Assembly (NCBI GenBank): GCA_026129095.1
Contig: JAHCIT010000005.1
Location: 124,001 to 188,000, forward strand
DNA length: 64,000 nucleotides
Reading direction: 5' to 3'
DNA from: Deltaproteobacteria bacterium
GTDB lineage: Bacteria; JAGRBM01; JAHCIT01
The position numbers and the translations under genes were made by a program. The notes below the pieces were generated by a model. That model saw nothing but the letters and a program-made list of their open reading frames with translations, did no database searches and was not told the DNA's origin. Shown here piece after piece: positions 21,864 to 29,546 of this stretch. Position 1 is the stretch's first letter. The number at the start of each line of letters is the position of its first letter.

Positions 21864-23651
21864 CTACCTCCGGGCCGCGGCTTCGGCGCGGCAGAATAAA
21901 ATGAACTCATCAACGCTCTGGGTGTCAAGCTGGATTTTCCCGCGGCCACGGGGGGCGACCTTGCCCTCGGCCATTTCCTTGTCGCCGGTGACGAGGACGA
22001 ACGGTATCTTGCGGACCTGCGCCTCCCGGACCTTGAAACCCAGCTTTTCGTTACGCAGGTCGGCTTCTGCCCTTATACCTGCTTCCTTGAGTTTCTTCAA
22101 CACAGTCTGGGCGTAGTCCGCCTGGGCGTCGGTGATCGTGGCTACCAGTACCTGCACCGGCGCGAGCCAGAACGGGAACGCCCCCGCGTAGTGCTCCACG
22201 AGGATGCCGAAGAACCGCTCGATCGAGCCGTAAATGGCCCTGTGTATCATGATCGGGCGGACCTTTGCGCCGCCCGAATCGGTGTATTCCAGCTGAAAAC
22301 GCTCCGGCAGGTTGAAATCGACCTGCACGGTCGAGCACTGCCACTGGCGGCCGATGGAGTCCCTGATTTTAATGTCAATCTTGGGCCCGTAAAATGCGCC
22401 GCCGCCCTCGTCCACCAGATACCTGAGGCCGCGCTTTTCGAGCACTTCCCTCAGCGCCGCCTCGGCCTTGTTCCAGACGGCCAGCTCGCCCACGTATTTC
22501 TCCGGCCGCGTCGAAAGGTTCACCTCGAAATCATTGAACCCGAACGTGCTGAGCACCTGGGTCATCAGGTCCAGGATCGCGTTGACCTCGCCGGCGATCT
22601 GGTCCTCGCGGCAGAAGATGTGCGCGTCATCCTGGGTAAAGCCGCGCACCCGCATGAGGCCGTGCAGCACGCCACTCCGCTCGTAGCGGTAAACAGTACC
22701 CAGCTCGGCATAGCGCACCGGAAGGTCGCGGAAGCTCTTGGGCTGCGAGCGGAAGATCAGCACGTGGAACGGACAGTTCATCGGCTTCAGCTGGTACTGC
22801 TCGTCCTCGACCTCCATCGGGCGGAACATGTTCTCGGCATAGAAGTTAGTATGGCCCGACGTGTTCCACAGGTTCAGATGGCCCACATGCGGCGAATAAA
22901 CGAAATCGTAGCCCGACTGCTGGCAAAGGTCTTTCAGGTAGTCCTCCAGCAGCTTGCGGATCATCGCACCGTTCGGATGCCAGAAAATGAGCCCCGGCCC
23001 CGCACCATCGGGCTGGATCGAAAAGAGATCGAGTTCCTTTCCCAGTTTCCGGTGGTCGCGTTTTTCGGCTTCTTCAAGCCTCTGGAGCCAGTCCTTCAGT
23101 TCTTTTTCCGTCGCGAAGGCGGTGCCGTACACCCGCTGGAGCATCGGGTTCTTCTCGTCGCCGCGCCAGTAGGCGCCAGCGAGCTTCAGGAGCTTGAGGG
23201 CCCGGAGCTCACCCGTCGATTTCACATGCGGGCCGGTGCACAGATCAATGAACTCCCCCTGCGAGTAGGCGCTGATAATTTCGCCCTCGGGGATTCCCCT
23301 GATGATTTCCACCTTGAAATGCTGCTTGAGGCCCTCAAAGAGCCGGATCGCGTCCTCGCGGGAAAGCTCGCGCCGCTGGATCGGGTCGTTGCGGGTGATG
23401 ATCTCCCGCATCCGCTGCTCCATCTTTTCCAGGTCTTCGGGCGTGAACTGCCGCTCGTAGCCGAAATCGTAGTAGAAGCCGGTATCGATGGCCGGGCCGA
23501 TGGTGATCTGGATGCCGGGGAACAGTTCGCTCGCCGCCTGCGCCAGCAGGTGCGAGGTCGAGTGGCGCAGGATTTCGAGGCCCTCGGGGGTCGTGTAGTC
23601 CACCTGACGCCCGTCGGTGAGCACTCCGGTCGTTGCCTTGTCCTTGCCCAT
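21864..23651 (-). CDS. thrS: Threonyl-tRNA synthetase (no N1/TGS domain)
   Basis: RHSTSH, DLCTGPH, RDHRKLG, KPMNCP, GFTQDDAH, HRAIYGSIERF. Confidence 0.98.
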   Translation of the reverse strand: MGKDKATTGVLTDGRQVDYTTPEGLEILRHSTSHLLAQAASELFPGIQITIGPAIDTGFYYDFGYERQFTPEDLEKMEQRMREIITRNDPIQRRELSREDAIRLFEGLKQHFKVEIIRGIPEGEIISAYSQGEFIDLCTGPHVKSTGELRALKLLKLAGAYWRGDEKNPMLQRVYGTAFATEKELKDWLQRLEEAEKRDHRKLGKELDLFSIQPDGAGPGLIFWHPNGAMIRKLLEDYLKDLCQQSGYDFVYSPHVGHLNLWNTSGHTNFYAENMFRPMEVEDEQYQLKPMNCPFHVLIFRSQPKSFRDLPVRYAELGTVYRYERSGVLHGLMRVRGFTQDDAHIFCREDQIAGEVNAILDLMTQVLSTFGFNDFEVNLSTRPEKYVGELAVWNKAEAALREVLEKRGLRYLVDEGGGAFYGPKIDIKIRDSIGRQWQCSTVQVDFNLPERFQLEYTDSGGAKVRPIMIHRAIYGSIERFFGILVEHYAGAFPFWLAPVQVLVATITDAQADYAQTVLKKLKEAGIRAEADLRNEKLGFKVREAQVRKIPFVLVTGDKEMAEGKVAPRGRGKIQLDTQSVDEFILFCRAEAAARR

Positions 23652-23732
23652 GGAAAAACGGGGCCTGTATACCCCGTGCGTTACTCCTGTGTCGTATCCC
23701 GCCGGCTTCCGGGCCGAAGCCGGACCGGAAAT

Positions 23733-23807
23733 TGGTAGGCGCAGGCGGTCTCGAACCGCCGACCTCTACCGTGTCAAGGTAGCGCTCTACCCCTGAGCTA
23801 TGCGCCT
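23733..23807 (-). tRNA. tRNA-Val(GAC)
   Basis: Minus strand AGGCGCATAGCTCAGGGGTAGAGCGCTACCTTGACACGGTAGAGGTCGGCGGTTCGAGACCGCCTGCGCCTACCA folds as a cloverleaf with encoded CCA. Confidence 0.97.
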
Positions 23808-23925
23808 GTATGGACCGGTTTTGCCAACATCCGCCGGTTCCGCAGCCATGCGGACTGCCAGCGGGGCGGACAACGTAGAGGGACCGGCGCGGAGCGTCAA
23901 GACGGGCCGGGGAATAAGGGCCCCG

Positions 23926-24207
23926 CTAGCCGTTCTCGACCACCAGTTCGCCGTCAGCGACGATTTCCGACTGGCAGGCAAGGCGGCAGCCCTCGCGCAC
24001 CCTGCTGTCACCAAGGCGGTTCCGCTCGAACAGGTTGACCTTCGAAAGCATCTCCATGCCCTTCAGGACTTTCACGGTACAGGTGCCGCAGGTGCCCACC
24101 TTGCAGCCGAACGGGAGCGAAACCTGGTTCGCCTCGCAAACATCCATGAGGGGCCCCTTTGGAGCCTCGACGGTCTTGCCATCGGTGACGAAGGTGACTG
24201 TGGGCAT
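23926..24207 (-). CDS. 2Fe-2S ferredoxin
   Basis: CKVGTCGTC...RLACQ; start MPTVTF after a purine-rich GGAAAGG. Confidence 0.9.
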   Translation of the reverse strand: MPTVTFVTDGKTVEAPKGPLMDVCEANQVSLPFGCKVGTCGTCTVKVLKGMEMLSKVNLFERNRLGDSRVREGCRLACQSEIVADGELVVENG

Positions 24208-24418
24208 GGGCGGCCTTTCCTGCTCGCGTCCGGAAGCTGGCGCGCATCCTAACCCGGCAAGCGGAACAAAGGGCAACGATAATGTCCCGCAAAGCCCGTT
24301 CTTCCCCCAAACACCCGTTGGACTTTACCGACCGATTGGTTAGTAGTGCCGCAGGACGGGCGGGCGGGATTTTCTGAACCGGCCTCACCCGCACAGGCAC
24401 CGAAGGAGCAGGCACAAA

Positions 24419-25441
24419 ATGGGCAAGACACTCGTTACCGGCGCGGCCGGATTCATCGGATCGCATGTCGTACGCGAACTGCTGGCGAAGAACCGGCAGG
24501 TGAAGGCGATGATCATGCCGGGCGAGAACACCAAGAACCTCGAAGGTCTCGACGTGGAAAAAATCGAGGCGAACGTGCTGGATCCTGCCGCCGTCCGCAA
24601 GGCGATGGAGGGCGTGGACCGGGTATTCCATCTCGCCGCCGTCTACGCGATCTGGCTTCCCCGCCGCGAGAAGATGTACGAGGTGAACTGCGTGGGTTCG
24701 CTGAACCTCCTGTGGGCCGCGCTCAAGGGGAACGTCGAGCGCGTTGTCTATACGTCCAGTATCGCCGCCGTCGGCGTACGCGGGAACAAGGAACCGAGCA
24801 ACGAAACCGATACCTTCAACAAGATGGGCCACGCCAACGACTACGTCTATTCCAAGTGGCTGTCGGAGGAGGAGGCCAAGACGTTCGCCAACAACGGCCT
24901 CGATATTGTTTTCTGCAACCCCGCCTTTCCGTTCGGCGCACGCGACATTGCCCCGACCCCGACGGGACAGATCCTGCTCGATATCGTGAACGGCAAGAAC
25001 ACCTTCTACTTCGACGCCGGGTTCAATGTCGTGGACGTGGAGGATGTCGCCCGCGGCCACGTCCTCGCCGAGGAAAAAGGAAAGAAGGGGGAGCGTTACA
25101 TCCTCTCCAACCAGAACGTCGAGATGAAGGAGTTCTTCAACGTTATCGCCCGCGTCACCGGCGCCGAGTTCAAGCCCCGGCGGCTTCCGATCAACGTCAT
25201 CATTCCGGTCGCCGACTGGATGGAGTACCGGGCCGACACCGTGACCCGCAAGCCGCCGCTCTTTGCAGGCAGTGCGCTCCGGTACGCCAAGAGCTACCTT
25301 TACTATGACAATGCCAAGTCCCGGCGGGAACTGGGCTATTCTCCCCGGCCCATCGAGGAGTCCATCCGCCGCGCTGTCGACTGGTACGCCGAGAACGGGT
25401 ACATCACGAACAAGAAGTTCCTGAAGCAGTACCGCCGGTAG
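24419..25441 (+). CDS. NAD-dependent epimerase/dehydratase (HpnA/dihydroflavonol reductase-like SDR)
   Basis: GAAGFIG, YTSS, YVYSK, PTPTG, VDVEDVARGH. Confidence 0.9.
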   Translation: MGKTLVTGAAGFIGSHVVRELLAKNRQVKAMIMPGENTKNLEGLDVEKIEANVLDPAAVRKAMEGVDRVFHLAAVYAIWLPRREKMYEVNCVGSLNLLWAALKGNVERVVYTSSIAAVGVRGNKEPSNETDTFNKMGHANDYVYSKWLSEEEAKTFANNGLDIVFCNPAFPFGARDIAPTPTGQILLDIVNGKNTFYFDAGFNVVDVEDVARGHVLAEEKGKKGERYILSNQNVEMKEFFNVIARVTGAEFKPRRLPINVIIPVADWMEYRADTVTRKPPLFAGSALRYAKSYLYYDNAKSRRELGYSPRPIEESIRRAVDWYAENGYITNKKFLKQYRR

Positions 25442-25528
25442 CAGGCGAGGCCTGCCGCGCCCGCCGGCACAGGCCTCTGGAAACCGCCAGCTTGTCGAAG
25501 GACCGGCGGCGGCCCCACTATAGCGGCC

Positions 25529-27190
25529 GTGATCGCCGACATTGCCATCGCGTTCCCGGCCGCCGTGCTGGCGGCCATCCTGCTCTGGCCGCTGAACGAC
25601 CCGGTACGCGGCGGTCTCGCCGGAAAGTCGCTTCTCGTTCTGGCGGTCACGCTCGCCCTGGCCGCGCTGTTTACCCCGGCTTTCGACGGCTACCGGTCGG
25701 ATCTCTGGGTCTATCTCGCCGTTTCTGAGCGGATCGCCGCGGGCGACTGGCTCCTGGGCCGCGAGCCTTTCCGGCTGGAACCTCCCGCCGGTCCCCACCA
25801 CTCCGCCATCTGGATTCTGACCGGCCTCCTGAACCGGTGGCTGCACATTCCCGTACACACCCTGGCGAGGCTGGCCGGAATCCTCGGCATAGGTCTTGCC
25901 CTTTTCGCCGGATGGCGGCTGGCATCAGCGGCGCTCCCGGAGCGGCGCGCCCTGGCATCCGCCCTGTTCCTGCTTTCACTGAGTGGCCTGTGGGCGGCCA
26001 TCGGCCTGAACCGTAACGTCGCCATCCCGCTGGCGATGCTCGCCGCGGCCGAAACCCTGAAACCCTCCGGGCGCTTCCCGCTCGCCTCGCTCTGGATCGC
26101 GCTCGCCTTCTGGGTCCATTTCTTTGGCGGACTTCTTGCCTGCGGGGCGTTTGCGCTCGCCGTCATGGCCGCCAGTAACGGCCCGCCGCCATTTCCCTGG
26201 AAACGCCATCTCCTTGCACTAGCTGCTGGACTGACCGGCGCGCTGCCACCGCTTGCCTACCATCTCTCCAATGCAGGAACGCCTGTGCTGAACCCCGACT
26301 ATCTCTGGGGGCCCGGCCAGTTCACGTGGAACGGGCTCCGCCTGCTGAACCCGCTGCAACTTCTCCGCGAGATTCCGCCCACGCTGCTGGTCCTGGGAAT
26401 GGCGGGGCTTCTCACCTCCCGGTGGAGCGGACCGCTCCTGCCATCCGGCCTCAGGCTTTCCCGGTATGGAAGCGCCGCCGTGGCCCTCCTGCTGCTCACC
26501 CCGCTCTACCATCTGTTCTCGGAGCACTTGGGCGGCTGGCTCGCCCTGAGAACCGTTCCGCTCGCCTTTCTGTGGCTCCCGGCCGCGGCGGCCATTGCCA
26601 CGCTTACCCGGCCGGAACAGGGACTCCCGGCGAGACTGGCCGCCACCCTTCTCGCCGCCTGCATCTTCTGGCAGGGGGCGGCCCGGGTGGTGCGGGATTT
26701 CCGGCACGACGGCCTTCACTTCCCCTTTTCCGCCGGGGCGCAGGCAGAAGCCCGGTCATTCAGGCCCCTTCTGGAAGGACGTCACTACCTGTCGATCGAG
26801 GGTATCGCCTACGCCCTCGCCGCCCCCACGCTTGGCCATCCGGCCGCCGTGACACCCGGCCGCGCCTCGCCCTTTCATCCCTGGAAGCGCCGGGCCGCCG
26901 ATCTCTCGATGGCCTTCTCTGCGAACAGCGTCGCCTGCTGGGCGGAGTTTTTCCGCCGCCATCCGGAGACAGAGTATCTCGTCACTCCGTCGCCGGAAGC
27001 GGCGGTCGAGAGGCAGCTCTGGAATGAACTCCTGCCGGGGATATCGCCGGAATCGGTGCGCGAAAAGTTCATGGAGCCGGGTGCACTGGATCCGGCGGCC
27101 GAGGGCCGCTGGTTCATCGTGGACCGGATTGATACCGGCCGGATCGTGACCGCGGAGAGCGGAACGTGCGCCGCACTGCAGGCTGAATGA
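25529..27190 (+). CDS. Polytopic membrane protein, possible GT-C-type glycosyltransferase
   Basis: About 11-13 hydrophobic segments, acidic residues in the first external loop (SDLWVY), soluble C-terminal domain. Confidence 0.5.
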   Translation: MIADIAIAFPAAVLAAILLWPLNDPVRGGLAGKSLLVLAVTLALAALFTPAFDGYRSDLWVYLAVSERIAAGDWLLGREPFRLEPPAGPHHSAIWILTGLLNRWLHIPVHTLARLAGILGIGLALFAGWRLASAALPERRALASALFLLSLSGLWAAIGLNRNVAIPLAMLAAAETLKPSGRFPLASLWIALAFWVHFFGGLLACGAFALAVMAASNGPPPFPWKRHLLALAAGLTGALPPLAYHLSNAGTPVLNPDYLWGPGQFTWNGLRLLNPLQLLREIPPTLLVLGMAGLLTSRWSGPLLPSGLRLSRYGSAAVALLLLTPLYHLFSEHLGGWLALRTVPLAFLWLPAAAAIATLTRPEQGLPARLAATLLAACIFWQGAARVVRDFRHDGLHFPFSAGAQAEARSFRPLLEGRHYLSIEGIAYALAAPTLGHPAAVTPGRASPFHPWKRRAADLSMAFSANSVACWAEFFRRHPETEYLVTPSPEAAVERQLWNELLPGISPESVREKFMEPGALDPAAEGRWFIVDRIDTGRIVTAESGTCAALQAE

Positions 27191-27208
27191 GTTTCCGGGG
27201 AGAAAACA

Positions 27209-27284
27209 TGGAGGCGGCTATCGGATTCGAACCGATGGATGACGGTTTTGCAAACCGTTCCCTTAACCACTTGGGTAAGCCGCC
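27209..27284 (-). tRNA. tRNA-Cys(GCA)
   Basis: Minus strand GGCGGCTTACCCAAGTGGTTAAGGGAACGGTTTGCAAAACCGTCATCCATCGGTTCGAATCCGATAGCCGCCTCCA; GCA anticodon, CCA end. Confidence 0.96.
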
Positions 27285-27348
27285 CCGGAGCGGAGAACTG
27301 TCTTAGCGGCTGGGCCGGGGGCAAGACAAGGGACACCGTACTTCAGGA

Positions 27349-27411
27349 TTCAGGGCGCCGCGAGCTCGGCCGTGGCGGTTTCCTCCAGCGTGTCGAGATC
27401 GAAAGCCGATA
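27349..27411. repeat. Direct repeat copy A: orphan copy of the last ~20 codons of the beta-propeller gene
   Basis: 59/63 identical to 29484-29546; minus strand encodes SAFDLDTLEETATAELAAP*. Confidence 0.95.
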
Positions 27412-27432
27412 AGAGTTCGGGCAAGGCGGCAA

Positions 27433-27474
27433 TACTTATAGTCTCTGTATTCCTATACTGCTTCTTCCTACAGT
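27433..27474 (+). promoter_or_regulatory. C-box operator and -10 element of the controller gene
   Basis: TACTTATAGTC (27433-27443) matches the GACT-tat-AGTC C-box consensus at 10/11 positions; TACAGT (27469-27474) lies 6 nt before the GTG start. Confidence 0.7.
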
Positions 27475-27480
27475 TTCTGC

Positions 27481-27702
27481 GTGCCTGCTCCGCAACAGGT
27501 TCTTGGTAAACGGATCCGCCATCTTCGCGAGCAGCGGGGTTGGACGCAGGAAGACCTTGGCCGCAAGGCCCGAAAACACCCCACTTATATTGGCGGGATT
27601 GAGCGTGGTGAACGGAATGCAACCGTTCAGGTTCTTGCGGATATTTCCAAGGCGCTCGGAATCAGCATCGCTGATCTGTTTACAGGGGATTCAGGCCAGT
27701 GA
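27481..27702 (+). CDS. RM controller (C) protein, XRE-family HTH
   Basis: LGKRIRHLREQRGWTQEDLG...YIGGIERGERNAT; overlaps the next gene by 4 bp (GTGA). Confidence 0.88.
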   Translation: MPAPQQVLGKRIRHLREQRGWTQEDLGRKARKHPTYIGGIERGERNATVQVLADISKALGISIADLFTGDSGQ

Positions 27703-28253
27703 GTCCTCCACATCCGATCGAAAGATTTTTCAATGCGAGTGCCGACGATATCATGTCGGCAATCGAGCACGGTTTTCGTGCACAAGTAGACGTTAAGGGA
27801 AAGCTTGCGGAACTGTTTCTGCACCGACAGCTGTGTGCTCTTGAAACTGGCGGCACAATTTCCAGACTCCAATGGCTCGATAGAGACAATCAGCCGGATT
27901 TTATATTTACCGCTCGCCAACATACGTTCCGTGTCGAGTGTAAGAATGTCCGAGCTGGCAGGGATCAAAGATATAGACAAAGCCCGCATCAGGAATGGTT
28001 CAAAGTCGAACTTCAGAAGACACGTTCCGGAACCGACAGGCAGGGGAACCGGACCCGAGGATACAGAACAGACCGGTTTGATATCCTTGCGGCGTGCCTG
28101 TTCAATCAGACCGGCCAGTGGAACTTCCTCTATGCTCACATACGTGATCTTGCCCACCGAAGAGACCTGCCAAGTATCTTGGAAATTATGCATCCGGTAC
28201 CTCCCGTTTCACAGGGAATATGGAAGGCCGATATCGAAGAGTTCCTCCGATAG
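27699..28253 (+). CDS. Putative type II restriction endonuclease, PD-(D/E)xK fold
   Basis: KGKLAE...QPDF...VECKN motif; lies between the C gene and the methyltransferase. Confidence 0.7.
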   Translation: MSPPHPIERFFNASADDIMSAIEHGFRAQVDVKGKLAELFLHRQLCALETGGTISRLQWLDRDNQPDFIFTARQHTFRVECKNVRAGRDQRYRQSPHQEWFKVELQKTRSGTDRQGNRTRGYRTDRFDILAACLFNQTGQWNFLYAHIRDLAHRRDLPSILEIMHPVPPVSQGIWKADIEEFLR

Positions 28254-28295
28254 GAGCCATTTCTCTGAGACACCTCGTGACCTATACTCTGCTCC

Positions 28296-29345
28296 GTGAA
28301 CAAATCGCCGCTGGATCATATTGAAGTCAATTACGCTACTGAACTGGGGCGTGCCTACTGTGGCAATGCGGAGCAGTTGCTTCGGTTGTTGCCCAAGGAG
28401 TCCGTAAACCTCGTATTTACATCTCCTCCGTATGCACTAGAGTTCAAAAAGGAATACGGTAACGTTGCAAAATCCGAATATGTTAGCTGGTTTCTAAAAT
28501 TTGCTCGCCACATCCACACGGCACTTGCCAATGACGGCAGTTTTGTCCTGAATATCGGTGGCAGTTACCAAGCGGGTTCTCCAACCCGTTCCCTATACCA
28601 TTTCAAGCTGCTTTTGGCTCTCTGCGAGGAGGTCGGTTTTCATCTCGCTCAGGAACTATTCTGGTATAACCCAGCAAAGTTACCAGCCCCTGCCGAGTGG
28701 GTGAACGTAAGACGAATCCGGGTCAAAGATTCAGTTGAATACTTGTGGTGGTTTTCCAAGGGATCTTTTCCCAAGGCTAATAACAAAAACGTCCTGAAGC
28801 CTTATTCGCCGGATATGGAACGTCTCATGGAGAGAGGATACAAGGCCAAGCTTCGGCCGTCCGGACATAACATCACAAACAAGTTCGACACGCGTCACGA
28901 AGGCTCTATCCCGTCTAACCTGCTGGAGCATGGGAACAACGACAGTAATGGGTTTTACCTGAAAGCCTGCCGCGAAGCCGGACTCAAGGTTCATCCGGCA
29001 AGATTTCCTCCTGCATTACCCAACTTTTTTATTAAACTGTTAACGAATCCTAGTGATCTGGTTCTGGATCCGTTTGCGGGCAGTAATACTACGGGTGCTG
29101 TAGCGGAAAAACTTGGCCGACGGTGGATCGCGTTCGAGCTGAATGAGGAATATCTGAAGGGCAGCCGTTTCAGGTTCGAACCCAATAAAACCGGGCAGCC
29201 GCCTAGGGAAGCTAGCCCGAAAAATTCAGCAGCCAGCAATAAATCCCAACTTTCATTTATGATTCGCGAAGAACCTCCCCCCTTGGCCAAATCTCCCAAA
29301 ACACCAGCAAAAAGAATGGCGAAACATCATCGAACCGTGCGCTAA
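28296..29345 (+). CDS. Beta-class amino-methyltransferase (N4-cytosine, M.PvuII-like)
   Basis: Motif IV TSPPY precedes motif [41 protein letters not shown] and HPARFP match M.PvuII as I recall it. Confidence 0.92.
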   Translation: MNKSPLDHIEVNYATELGRAYCGNAEQLLRLLPKESVNLVFTSPPYALEFKKEYGNVAKSEYVSWFLKFARHIHTALANDGSFVLNIGGSYQAGSPTRSLYHFKLLLALCEEVGFHLAQELFWYNPAKLPAPAEWVNVRRIRVKDSVEYLWWFSKGSFPKANNKNVLKPYSPDMERLMERGYKAKLRPSGHNITNKFDTRHEGSIPSNLLEHGNNDSNGFYLKACREAGLKVHPARFPPALPNFFIKLLTNPSDLVLDPFAGSNTTGAVAEKLGRRWIAFELNEEYLKGSRFRFEPNKTGQPPREASPKNSAASNKSQLSFMIREEPPPLAKSPKTPAKRMAKHHRTVR

Positions 29346-29483
29346 AGCCTGCCGCCGGACGAGTATGCGATCAGAATGTACAAGAACTATAGCGAATGGG
29401 GAGCAGCGATCTCGCTCCCCGCTCCTGCTGATCAGATTCCATACGGTTCGTCTGTAGTCGGGTTCATCCACCCGCAGCTGTAT

Positions 29484-29546
29484 TTCAGGGCGCCGTGAGT
29501 TCCGCCGTGGCGGTTTCCTCCAGCGTGTCGAGATCGAACGCCGATA
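29484..29546. repeat. Direct repeat copy B: current 3' end of the beta-propeller gene
   Basis: Encodes SAFDLDTLEETATAELTAP*; 4 mismatches against copy A. Confidence 0.95.

Larger units (their letters stand above)
27412..29483. mobile_element. Restriction-modification islet flanked by 63-bp direct repeats; no integrase
   Basis: Visibly AT-richer than its flanks, carries only C/R/M genes, bounded by the duplicated gene end. Confidence 0.8.

Noticed and set aside
27209-27411. RM islet integrated at tRNA-Cys
   Set aside because: The islet lies on the 5' side of the tRNA and no tRNA fragment is duplicated; the duplicated sequence is the CDS end.
27350-27622. 90-aa minus-strand ORF ending SAFDLDTLEETATAELAAP
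   Set aside because: Chance fusion of the C gene antisense frame with the orphan gene-end repeat; no coherent protein.
27349-29546. Repeat pair as a diversity-generating retroelement TR/VR, since one copy is the C-terminus of a surface protein
   Set aside because: Mismatches are not adenine-specific (the orphan copy has T, C, G, G on the coding strand), most are synonymous, and no reverse transcriptase is present in the window.
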